This document shows, piece after piece, positions 14,179 through 23,163 of a stretch of 58,873 bases of DNA. Position 1 is the first letter of the stretch, and each line of letters opens with the position of its first letter. The position numbers and the translations under genes are program-made. The notes under the pieces were generated by a model. It was not told where the DNA came from. It saw only the letters and a list, made by a program, of their open reading frames with translations, and searched no databases. This DNA comes from a virus: positions 1 to 58,873 of IMG/VR virus record IMGVR_UViG_3300023181_000006; one strand, 5' to 3'.

Positions 14179-17100
14179 TCACCGAGCAACAAGTTGCCGT
14201 GCGATCTTATCTTGCACAGCCTTCAGCCTCCGGATTGTTTCCGCCTTCTGCTCACCAGTCAAAGTCTTATCGTTCATAGTGCGCTGGATCACCTGACCGA
14301 TACGGCTTTCGTTTTTCTTCAGCGACTCGATCATGTGATACTTCGCGATGGTCGCGCCTTCATCCTTCATGATGCCGCGCGCTTTCTCGATGTCGCCCTG
14401 CTTCACTGCATTCTGATAGCTGGCATAGGTTTGCTCGACGTCCTGGGCCGTCTTGTAGAGCATGTCAACGTACCGGCTACTATTCGATGGCAGATCCTCG
14501 GCGAACGACCCAGTGAGCGTTTTGAGAGGGACAGGCAGCGCAGCGCCACGGTCGATCAACGTGTGATGCAGCAGACCATCAGCACCAGCTACCGCAAACA
14601 CGCCGGCGCCAGCGAAGTATCCTTTAATCAGAGAATCAATCTGAACAGGCGAAAGCTGACGTACTCCAGTCCCGGCCACCAAACTAACCGGATCAACGAA
14701 TACACCTGACTTAGACAAGAGACGGGCCAGCTCAGACGTGTTGTTCGTGTATCGGTCCTCGGGGCGCAAACGTTGCATTGCCATGGATTCAATCGGACGG
14801 CCAGAGAACGCGTCCTTGTTGGCGTACACGTCGATCAGCGGCCGGAATACTTGCGGGATTGGGTTCATGGCAAGCTGGCCGTTGATTAACTCCGACATCT
14901 GCGTTGTAAAGCGATCGATGTTGGTGTTCTTCGAATCGTAAAACAGCGCCGAGAAATTATCGATGGCAGTAGCTGCCGCGCCAATTTCAAACGGGCGAGG
15001 GATTCGATAAGCTATCCCGCCAACCTTGAACCACCAATAATTATTACGGTCTGAATCGCTACGTTTTTTGAAGTCATCATCATCCTTAAACGCCAGCGAC
15101 AGAGCGATGGTAGCTAAAGTTAAAGCGCCAACGACATACATCATTCGCTTTGGATCGTCGTTGTATCCGACACCTAGCTTTCGGAGGCCCTGGAGGCGCG
15201 CGTTCATGAACGGCAAAATTTGATTCAACGCCCGCACGCCAGCCCACGCTCCGGAAAGCCCGAAGTCCATCAAGTCCCTGGCTTCAAAGGATGCCTCAAG
15301 GTGGGATACCCCTTCGTTGCGCAGTTTTTGATAAAGCGCTGCACGGTTGACGTTCTCCGACAAGTCGCCGACTTCCTCGTACGCGCTCCAAAGTTTGCCG
15401 AAGAACTTCTGCATCTTCTCGGCGGTATTCAAAATCGTATCGTCAGGCACGCCGGAGTCGATGAGCTTTTTGATGTGCTCGGCCCGGTTCCCCTCCATCG
15501 TCATGCCGAACCGGTAGATGCCGCCGCCGGCAACCATCTGCGCCCGTGCGTCATTGTTGCGCATGAGCGAGTATCCGTTCTTGATGTTCACCAGCGGGTT
15601 GCGGTTGATGTCGGACACCGCCAGAACGGATAGCGAATCCCGGATCAAGTTTCGCACCTTGAAGTAAGGCGAGATGGTCACGAGTTTCGTCAAGGTCGTC
15701 TTGAACCACGACATAGCTCGCATAGCATCGTTGTTGTAGCCGTTGAACTCCAGCGCCGAGATGGCGGCCAGCAAGTTATCATCCTCGACCACATGCCAGC
15801 GATTGACGCCGTTGTCCATGTAGGAGACGGCCTTGGTACTGGCCGACTTGCCCATCGCACGGATGGTGGCCTCGTCGGCCTCGGTCGCGGCACCGATCTG
15901 CTTAGCCGCTTCCAGCGATGCCTTGGCCGCGCGGTTCTTCGCGCTCGCCGTCAACAGCGTGGACCAGTTCATCAGCATGTTTTGCGTCAGGTCGCCGAGG
16001 TTGTTGGTGCCGCCCTTCAGCTTCTTGATGGACTTCTGATTGACCAAGCCCGACTTGATCGATGGGCCGGTAACTCCTTCCTCCATGACGCGATAGAACG
16101 GTACGTAAAAGTCAGATGCCCACACCTTGCGCGACTCGCCGTCAATCAGGCCCGAAGCCTCGGCGATGTCCAGCACCGACTTGTTGAGTTCGGCGACATC
16201 CTTCTGCGCGCGCAGGTAGGTCGCTTCCCGGCTGCTTCCGTCCTTCATGCGGCCTTGGTTCAGCGTCGACAGATTGGAGATATCGGCATCGGTGAACAGG
16301 TTCTCGCGGCCTTCCTTCTTCAACTGCTCCGCGCGCCGGCCGGCCATCCACGAGAAGAAACGGTCATGCTCGCCGTTCAGGATCTGCATCGTTTCGATGA
16401 AGCCCTTCTTCGTGGTGTCCACCAGCATGCCGCCGTCAGCATCCAGATGAGGGCGCCCGTACAGCATCAGCGCCTCCAGCGTGCCGTCCGCGTTCTTCGC
16501 CATGCGCGCCATCACGTACGGGATGCGGCCGAGCTGGTCCTTGATCGGGGCGAACTGGTCAAGGATACCGTACTGCAGCTTCTTCAGCGCGCCCTCTTTC
16601 AGCTTGGCGACCTTCTGCTTGAACGTTTCCTCGGTGTAGATGATGCCGGCCTTGCGCAGCGCAGCCTTCACCGCGTCCGATTCGTTCTCGGCCCACTTGG
16701 GGACGACTTCCTGCGCTGGCGTCGGTGCGCGGCTTTGCAGTACAGGCTCAGCGCCGGACTCTTGATTCCCGCGATCACGGGAATCCTCTTGCTGGCTACG
16801 CCCTTCGACCGCCGCCTGCTGATCACCGATCAGCGCGCGCACATCAGCATCCGACACGGCGGATACTGGCTTGCCCATGACTGATGCCAGGAAGCGCTTT
16901 ACTGCCTCATAGACCCGAGCGACAGCACCGATGACACCGTTGCGCGAGGCGGCTGGAACCTTGACGCCGTAGCGGCCCTCCAGCGCGGCGAAGTCGTCTT
17001 GCTCGGTGGCTGCGCTAAGCTCGGCAATTGCTTCTTCCGTCGCAATGCTGTCCGACGTTTCGCCCCGGTCCTGCTGGATGGCGGCTGCCAGTTCCTTGAC

Positions 17101-20100
17101 GAACTTGTTGCTGCCGGCGATGTTTAGCGCTTCGTTGACGCTCTTGTCGTGAAGCATGCGCAAGCCCGCGTGAGAAACTTCGTGCGCCGCCACCCATGCC
17201 GCCCGCTCTGGCGTAGCGATGTTGTCGGCGATCAGGTACACGGCCTTGGTCTGCGGATCGTAGATACCCTCGGTGCCGGCGTCGGCCTGTGCGCGCTCCT
17301 GCACGGCGGCCGGGATGTCCTCGACCGATTGCACCACGTTGACGCGGGTAAAGCCCAGCCACTTTGCCTTGAGCGTGATGATGGCCTTGTTGACGTCGGC
17401 AGCGGTCATTCCGCCAGATGGCTGTGCGGTGGACTTGCGCGGCGTGGTGTCTTTGTAGCCGACCACCTCGTAGCGGTCATAGCCCAATTCTTCGTTCGCC
17501 TCAACGCGCCAGTTGGTCCCATCGCCATTCTTGTTGCGCTCAGCGGCTTCAGCCTTGGCGTTGTTCTCGGACATGCCCTTACCATAGCGGCCAAGGTAGC
17601 GCTCGGTCACGGTGCCGGATGGCTTGGCTGGCTCTGCTGCCGGCGCCGGTTCCTTCGCCTGTTTGCGCGCCTCGGCGTTTTCCTTGGCGCGGGCAATCTC
17701 CGCTTCCTGGCGCGCGTACTTGGCTTCGGTCGCCAACTGCGCTTCCGTCTTCGGCTTGTTGCGCTGCGCTTCGATACGAGCGTCACGGCCTGCGCGTAGC
17801 CGATCCACTTCGGATTGAACTGGAGTCCGCTGAGCGGCCGGCTCGTCGGCGGTGCTGGACTGTTCGCCGCGCGCAACCTCGTTCGCCAAAGTGCCGGGCG
17901 TGTTGATTTCGCCAAGGTGCTGCTGCACCGGCACGGCTTCATATTTCTCAGTGTTGAGCGCGTCGACCTTCTTCTTGTCGAAGGTTTCCAGCATCACTTC
18001 GCCGGTCGCCTTGTTACGAATGACCCAGCTAGAATCCCGCGACAGAGAATTGGTCGGGGCTAGTGCAGGCTGCGCGTCGGCGGCTGGGCTTGCATTGTCA
18101 TCAGGCGCTGCACCGCGTTGTTCAGCGACACTATCATCGAGTCCGGCAACAGGCTGTCGTCCTGCCCCATCGCTTCCAGCAGGAACATTTCCACGTCCGT
18201 CAACTGGTCCATCTCCAGCAGGGATTCCAGCGCCTCGTCCTCCGTCATTGCCATTTCCACTAGCATCGACTGCGTTTCGATCAACATTTACGACCTCTTG
18301 CGGTTTTGGTGGGTGGGCGTCGATCAAATCCTCGATCGTGTTCTCGCCAGTGCGGATGCTGCGCAAAGCCGCCATGCGCTCGTTGCCGGTCACGCCGGCG
18401 GCGGTCAGGACGGCCTTGGCTTGGGCTACCTCAGCATCAGCTTGCGCTTGCGGGCGCTGCTGCTGCGCTGCTGGCGTGTCTTGCTGGTTTGGCGTTGCAA
18501 CTTCAATACCTTGTGGCGATTGATTTTGTTCCGCCTCAATTCCCTGAACATTGACGGCGGGAGAAGTATTCGTGGATAGGTTTGGAACTGGAACATCTAC
18601 GCCTCCTTGTTGTGGAGGCGCAATGGTATCAGTTTGCCGCGCCGCATCGGTTGCTGCAACACGACGCGCTTGCGCTTCCTGCATGGCAAGCTGCATCGCG
18701 GTCGGGCCTGGATTGTCGAAACCCTGTGCCTCGGTCAGCGCTTCAGCTTGCTCGACGTTCTGGTTGACGCGCTGGTCCATCATGCCCTGCAACTCGGCCT
18801 CCAAGCGCTGCTGTTCGGCGGCATCATAGTTGGAGTTCATTTGCGCCAACAGGTCGGTGACGTGCTGGCTCCATGCTGCGTCGATGTCGGCGTCGCGTTG
18901 CGCGCGGAACTCCGGAGTACCCTGCTCGATGGAAATCTGTGCCTTGGTAATGGCTTCGTCAATCGAAGCTGATTGCATTACGTCCTCTGGCGTCACATCT
19001 TGCGGCGTCAGGTCGTTACCTCCAAACATTCGCGCGCGCGCTGCTTCTCGGTCGCTTTCTGGCAAGCCGTTGATGAATGCCTCGGCGTCCGACTTGCGGC
19101 CGACCGAGCCGTCAGGGAACGACAGGAACGGGTCCGGCGTATTGCCCAGCAGGAGAGGCGCTGCTTCGGCTTCCGGCTGGTCTGGATTCACGGTCGCTGG
19201 CTTGGCCTTGCTGCGCAGCCCGGCGATACCACCGAACAGGCCGCCCACAAGCAGACCCTGCGCGGCGTTCTCTGGCACACCTTCAAGCAGCGGCTTGTCC
19301 ATTGCGGCGTTCTGCCACATCTGCTCCTGAATGGATTGCGGCAGTTCTTCGAAAACGCCCTCGGAGACGCCGCCTTCCAGCATGCGCCGCACAACGCCGC
19401 GCGTCGACCCAGCCGGCGCACCGGCCTGAACCAGTGCCGTGTCGATGTCGGAGATGCCCAGCTTTTGCGCGAGACGGCCACCGACAGCGGCAAACGCCCC
19501 GGTGCCGATACCAGATGCCAGCGCGGCGCCAGACTGACCCAGCGACAGCGAACCGTCAGCCGATTGCTGGCGGATCTGCTCTGCGGTCTGACCAGCACCT
19601 ACAGCACCCTCGCCGATTGCTGCCCCGGCCAGCGCGCCGATCTTTGGAGCGACAGCCAGGATGCCACGTCCCACCACACCGCCCGCGCCCATCGAAGGAA
19701 GCGACTCGACGCCGGCTTGCACCAGCGTGGAAGGATTCGCCAGCATCGCGCCCATTGTCGGCAGAAAGCCCTTGGCGTCGGCCACGTTCTGGCTCGCGGC
19801 CTTCTGCTCTGGCGAGTAGTATTCGCTCAGCGTAGCCTTTGCCTCGGCAGGACGGAAGCCAATCGCCTCGGCACCACGGCCGGCAGCACCGCCAGTGACG
19901 ATATCAGCCAGGCCAATCGCGGATTCAGGAACGGAGATGGCGCCCTTGAGCGCCGAGATGCCGATGTCTTTGATGCGCCCCATGACGCCGGACGGTTCCG
20001 GCGCTGGCTCGGGAGCCTTCGGCGCTGGCAGCAACCCTTGCAGAATATCCGTGGCGCTGTACTGCTTGAGCGCCGCGTCAACGTCGAAATCCAAATCGCC

Positions 20101-20181
20101 GCTTGCCTTCAGCCCCTTCAGGATTTGGTCATCGCTGTAACCGGCCTTGCGTGCTGCGTTGTAATCGAAGTCGAGCGCCAT
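14179..20181 (-). CDS. giant virion-associated (ejected/polyvalent-type) protein with an HExxH metallopeptidase-like motif
   Basis: 2000 aa. It has a Gly/Ala-rich hydrophobic N-terminal region, a long Q/A/E-rich low-complexity linker and AAHEVSHAGLRML (HExxH). It lies at the end of the ejection-protein block. Confidence 0.8.
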   Translation of the reverse strand: MALDFDYNAARKAGYSDDQILKGLKASGDLDFDVDAALKQYSATDILQGLLPAPKAPEPAPEPSGVMGRIKDIGISALKGAISVPESAIGLADIVTGGAAGRGAEAIGFRPAEAKATLSEYYSPEQKAASQNVADAKGFLPTMGAMLANPSTLVQAGVESLPSMGAGGVVGRGILAVAPKIGALAGAAIGEGAVGAGQTAEQIRQQSADGSLSLGQSGAALASGIGTGAFAAVGGRLAQKLGISDIDTALVQAGAPAGSTRGVVRRMLEGGVSEGVFEELPQSIQEQMWQNAAMDKPLLEGVPENAAQGLLVGGLFGGIAGLRSKAKPATVNPDQPEAEAAPLLLGNTPDPFLSFPDGSVGRKSDAEAFINGLPESDREAARARMFGGNDLTPQDVTPEDVMQSASIDEAITKAQISIEQGTPEFRAQRDADIDAAWSQHVTDLLAQMNSNYDAAEQQRLEAELQGMMDQRVNQNVEQAEALTEAQGFDNPGPTAMQLAMQEAQARRVAATDAARQTDTIAPPQQGGVDVPVPNLSTNTSPAVNVQGIEAEQNQSPQGIEVATPNQQDTPAAQQQRPQAQADAEVAQAKAVLTAAGVTGNERMAALRSIRTGENTIEDLIDAHPPKPQEVVNVDRNAVDASGNGNDGGRGAGIPAGDGPVDGRGNVPAGSDGAGRQPVAGLDDSVAEQRGAAPDDNASPAADAQPALAPTNSLSRDSSWVIRNKATGEVMLETFDKKKVDALNTEKYEAVPVQQHLGEINTPGTLANEVARGEQSSTADEPAAQRTPVQSEVDRLRAGRDARIEAQRNKPKTEAQLATEAKYARQEAEIARAKENAEARKQAKEPAPAAEPAKPSGTVTERYLGRYGKGMSENNAKAEAAERNKNGDGTNWRVEANEELGYDRYEVVGYKDTTPRKSTAQPSGGMTAADVNKAIITLKAKWLGFTRVNVVQSVEDIPAAVQERAQADAGTEGIYDPQTKAVYLIADNIATPERAAWVAAHEVSHAGLRMLHDKSVNEALNIAGSNKFVKELAAAIQQDRGETSDSIATEEAIAELSAATEQDDFAALEGRYGVKVPAASRNGVIGAVARVYEAVKRFLASVMGKPVSAVSDADVRALIGDQQAAVEGRSQQEDSRDRGNQESGAEPVLQSRAPTPAQEVVPKWAENESDAVKAALRKAGIIYTEETFKQKVAKLKEGALKKLQYGILDQFAPIKDQLGRIPYVMARMAKNADGTLEALMLYGRPHLDADGGMLVDTTKKGFIETMQILNGEHDRFFSWMAGRRAEQLKKEGRENLFTDADISNLSTLNQGRMKDGSSREATYLRAQKDVAELNKSVLDIAEASGLIDGESRKVWASDFYVPFYRVMEEGVTGPSIKSGLVNQKSIKKLKGGTNNLGDLTQNMLMNWSTLLTASAKNRAAKASLEAAKQIGAATEADEATIRAMGKSASTKAVSYMDNGVNRWHVVEDDNLLAAISALEFNGYNNDAMRAMSWFKTTLTKLVTISPYFKVRNLIRDSLSVLAVSDINRNPLVNIKNGYSLMRNNDARAQMVAGGGIYRFGMTMEGNRAEHIKKLIDSGVPDDTILNTAEKMQKFFGKLWSAYEEVGDLSENVNRAALYQKLRNEGVSHLEASFEARDLMDFGLSGAWAGVRALNQILPFMNARLQGLRKLGVGYNDDPKRMMYVVGALTLATIALSLAFKDDDDFKKRSDSDRNNYWWFKVGGIAYRIPRPFEIGAAATAIDNFSALFYDSKNTNIDRFTTQMSELINGQLAMNPIPQVFRPLIDVYANKDAFSGRPIESMAMQRLRPEDRYTNNTSELARLLSKSGVFVDPVSLVAGTGVRQLSPVQIDSLIKGYFAGAGVFAVAGADGLLHHTLIDRGAALPVPLKTLTGSFAEDLPSNSSRYVDMLYKTAQDVEQTYASYQNAVKQGDIEKARGIMKDEGATIAKYHMIESLKKNESRIGQVIQRTMNDKTLTGEQKAETIRRLKAVQDKIARQLVAR

Positions 20182-20222
20182 GATATTCCTATGTAGTTGA
20201 ACAACCGCACACGTCGTGCGAC

Positions 20223-21353
20223 TTACAGATCCTTCGTTGCCTCGGCGATGGAATCAACCCATTCGCCGGTCTTCTGGTTCTTGTACTGCGTTTTCGTCTT
20301 GCCGCGTGAGACGAACGTTTCGCGCTTCTCGATTGCGCCGCGAATCTCAGCAGCGGAACGGGGGCGCTTCTCCGGCTCTTTCGCCGCTGCTGGTGCTGGC
20401 GCCTGGACCGGATTCGGAACTGTAACGCCACCAGCTTTAGGCGCAGCGCTCTCGCTTGGCTTGCTGGTGCGGAAGTCGGCAGGGTTGAACGGCTTGCTCG
20501 GCGACTCGCTACCCTCAATACCTACGCTCGCCAATGCGTTGCGGAAGCGCCGCTCTTCCAATCGCAATGTTTCAAGGTTCCCCTTGAGAATTGCCTTCTC
20601 TTCATCGGACTTCATTGGGTCAGCCAACTGCAATTGTGTTTCTTTTGCTTCTTTAGACACGTTCTTCATGGCCTCAACAGTAGCCGCTCTTTGCGCATTT
20701 TCAGCAGCTTGAGTAGCCTTAGCATCCAAGCTCACATCGCGTGATTTTCGATATGCGATATCAGCCTCCGCGACAGAAAGACGACGGGCCTCCATCTTGT
20801 TGTTGAATTCTTGCTGGGCCTTTGCGTTCGCTTCGCTGATGTCGAGTCGTCGGTTCGTGTCTTTCGATTGCTGGTCATAGCGCTGGTCGGCAATCTCAGT
20901 TTGCAGCGCGCCGCGCGTCTCACGTGCAGCATCCAGATATCCCAGCTTCTCGGCGGCTGTAGCACGGTCCTCCAGATCACTCTGGCGATTCGGGTTCAGC
21001 AGGCCGTATGCTTTGCGCGCTTCCGGCTTGTCACGCAGTACGGCGGCGTCTGCGGCGGTCATGTTCGAACCGCCCTCGACGCCAGCATTGGCCGCATTGA
21101 TCGCCGAAGCATCGCGCTCGTTCTGCAACTGCACGGTCGCGCTGTCGATGTCCTTACCTTGCTGGATGCCGGCCTGACGCGTCGCCACGCGGCTCGCCTC
21201 GGCGATGCGTAGAGCCTTCTGCTCCTCCAGATTGGATCGCAGCGTTTCCAGACTGGCGCGTTCGGCGGTCTGCCGCTCGTCCTCCATGCCCGTTGCCAGC
21301 CCCTTGCTGCCGCCTGCAAGCCCGCTGAATAGCAATCCTAAACCGCCAGCCAT
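20223..21353 (-). CDS. internal virion / ejection protein, coiled-coil rich (376 aa)
   Basis: Position within the ejection-protein block. Gly-rich hydrophobic N-terminus and a long charged helical region. Contains GLLNP. Confidence 0.6.
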   Translation of the reverse strand: MAGGLGLLFSGLAGGSKGLATGMEDERQTAERASLETLRSNLEEQKALRIAEASRVATRQAGIQQGKDIDSATVQLQNERDASAINAANAGVEGGSNMTAADAAVLRDKPEARKAYGLLNPNRQSDLEDRATAAEKLGYLDAARETRGALQTEIADQRYDQQSKDTNRRLDISEANAKAQQEFNNKMEARRLSVAEADIAYRKSRDVSLDAKATQAAENAQRAATVEAMKNVSKEAKETQLQLADPMKSDEEKAILKGNLETLRLEERRFRNALASVGIEGSESPSKPFNPADFRTSKPSESAAPKAGGVTVPNPVQAPAPAAAKEPEKRPRSAAEIRGAIEKRETFVSRGKTKTQYKNQKTGEWVDSIAEATKDL

Positions 21354-21354
21354 A

Positions 21355-21954
21355 TCATGCTCCCGTCATCGGTTGTGGTGCCGCGCCGGCTGGTGCTGCG
21401 CCTTGCGCTTGCGCATCGCCTTGCTGCTGACCGGCCGCGATGGTCTGCGCAATCTTGTCCTCGCCGATACCGAACGCCTTGAGCGTCGCGGTCATGGTCT
21501 GCTTGGTCGCCTCGGCTGCAATCTCCGGTGTGACCTCGCCGCCCTTGGTGGCTTCCCAATAATCCAGTGCTTGGCATAGAAGCGTGATCGCCGCCGGCAC
21601 CGCCATGCGTACATCCATACCCTCACCGCCGCCGTTCTTGCTCTCGTTGTAGACGAGAATCATCAGCTTGGACACGCCCTGTGCGATGTTCGTCACCGGG
21701 TCGCCTGGCATCGCAAGCGTCTGGTCCATCAGCTTCGACGTCTCTTTCGAGAACATGACCTGCATGCCGGATACGACGATGGACAGATATGCATCCTTCA
21801 TATCCGCTGGTACTTGGTCCTCGATGCCCTGCTCGATCTGCTTCAGTACCGGATCATTGAGCGTGTCGGCACCGGCCTGTGATGGCGCGCCTTGCTCGGC
21901 CGGTGCCGATGCTGCTTGTGGTTGTTCTGCTGCTGGGTTCAGTAAGCCGGCCAT
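21355..21954 (-). CDS. internal virion protein (199 aa)
   Basis: Tightly packed between neighbouring virion genes. Begins MAGLLNP. Confidence 0.55.
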   Translation of the reverse strand: MAGLLNPAAEQPQAASAPAEQGAPSQAGADTLNDPVLKQIEQGIEDQVPADMKDAYLSIVVSGMQVMFSKETSKLMDQTLAMPGDPVTNIAQGVSKLMILVYNESKNGGGEGMDVRMAVPAAITLLCQALDYWEATKGGEVTPEIAAEATKQTMTATLKAFGIGEDKIAQTIAAGQQQGDAQAQGAAPAGAAPQPMTGA

Positions 21955-21956
21955 GA

Positions 21957-22769
21957 TCAGCCTTTCGTGGTTGGGTTCAGAAGACCGCCGGTCTTCGCTG
22001 GGGCGTACTGCTTGAACGCGACGACCGGTTGCGCGGAGGCGTTCGCCATTGACGTATCATAGCGCTGCTTGTCCAGATTCAACTTCTCGCGTTCGAATTC
22101 GTTGCGCTGGTTGGCATCCCAGCCCTTCATCAGACCATCGGCCGCGCCGCTCAGAAGCTTGGCCTTGGTCGTGTCGGTCAGCTTGGACCACCAGCCTTGA
22201 ATGCCGCCCGGTGGTGGCGGTGCAAGAACACCAGTCCCGCCAAGCCCATCAGCGCCACCAAGCGCCAGATTATCAGCGCTCATGCCATTGGCGGCGGCAG
22301 GCGCAGCACCCGGTGTAGCCACCAACGAATCGGCGGTGGCAGAAGGATTGAGCAAGCCGCCGCCAGTACTGGCCTCAGATGCCAGAGCTTCACCGCCAGT
22401 GGTAGCTGCGACATCGCCAACGCCAGCAGTGGTAGCCGCATCAGCCAAGCCACCAGTAGCGGCTTCCCCCAGCGATCCGGCAGCGGTATCAATGCCAGTT
22501 GGCATCGGCACGATGTTTTCCGCGCCAGCTCCAGCCCCAATCCCTGCGCCAGCTCCGGCACCTTCCGCAGCGCCGAAGATGCTCGACGCCGCCGAGGCGA
22601 TCCCGGCGCCCAGCGACATTCCGGAGCCGATCTGCGTCAACTCCTTGCTCTTGGTAACCTTGCCCACAACGCTGACGGCGATACCGGCATACAGCACCGT
22701 GGACGCCGCCACCACTCCAGCCGCTACGGCCCCACCGGCGGCAATGGCCGCAACTACAACTAAAGGCAT
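21957..22769 (-). CDS. Gly/Ala-rich membrane-anchored internal virion / ejection protein (270 aa)
   Basis: N-terminal TM MPLVVVAAIAAGGAVAAGVVAASTVLYAGIAVSVV, GAGAGAG tracts and two GGLLNP motifs. Confidence 0.6.
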   Translation of the reverse strand: MPLVVVAAIAAGGAVAAGVVAASTVLYAGIAVSVVGKVTKSKELTQIGSGMSLGAGIASAASSIFGAAEGAGAGAGIGAGAGAENIVPMPTGIDTAAGSLGEAATGGLADAATTAGVGDVAATTGGEALASEASTGGGLLNPSATADSLVATPGAAPAAANGMSADNLALGGADGLGGTGVLAPPPPGGIQGWWSKLTDTTKAKLLSGAADGLMKGWDANQRNEFEREKLNLDKQRYDTSMANASAQPVVAFKQYAPAKTGGLLNPTTKG

Positions 22770-22779
22770 GATGTACCCC

Positions 22780-23154
22780 TTATTTAATCTTCAATTCGTC
22801 AAGGCGATAGTCAAGTACACCATCGCGCTCGCCGGTCTTGTAAAAGCCCATTCGCTCCAGCAGCCGCACAACCTTGGGATCATTGAGCGTTCGCGTCGTC
22901 GCGTAGCCCATCCGGTCAACTTGTCCCTGCACGCTCTGACGCAATACGCGACGAGCGCACTTGATACCATATGGCGCGATGACGTGCGTATGCATCTCGT
23001 GGCCCTTCGTCATTACCACGCCGGCCTCTTGCCCATCGATCACGACAGGATGGAAATCCCACCCATCAAGTTCAGAAGCGTACGCCGCGCGCGAGATGAT
23101 GACTTGCGACTTCACCTCGTCATACAGCATATCGATGTAGTGGTCGCGGTCCAC
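22780..23154 (-). CDS. small GNAT-like (acetyltransferase-fold?) protein inside the virion module (124 aa)
   Basis: The C-terminus VVRLLERMGFYKTGERDGVLDYRL resembles the GNAT C-terminal beta-strands. I saw no clear motif A. Confidence 0.3.
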   Translation of the reverse strand: MDRDHYIDMLYDEVKSQVIISRAAYASELDGWDFHPVVIDGQEAGVVMTKGHEMHTHVIAPYGIKCARRVLRQSVQGQVDRMGYATTRTLNDPKVVRLLERMGFYKTGERDGVLDYRLDELKIK

Positions 23155-23163
23155 GGCATTCCC

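Noticed and set aside
14179-20181. Possibility that the 2000-aa protein is an N4-like virion RNA polymerase
   Set aside because: I could not find T7-like single-subunit RNAP motifs by eye. The recognisable features are an HExxH motif and low-complexity linkers. This cannot be fully excluded without a profile search.
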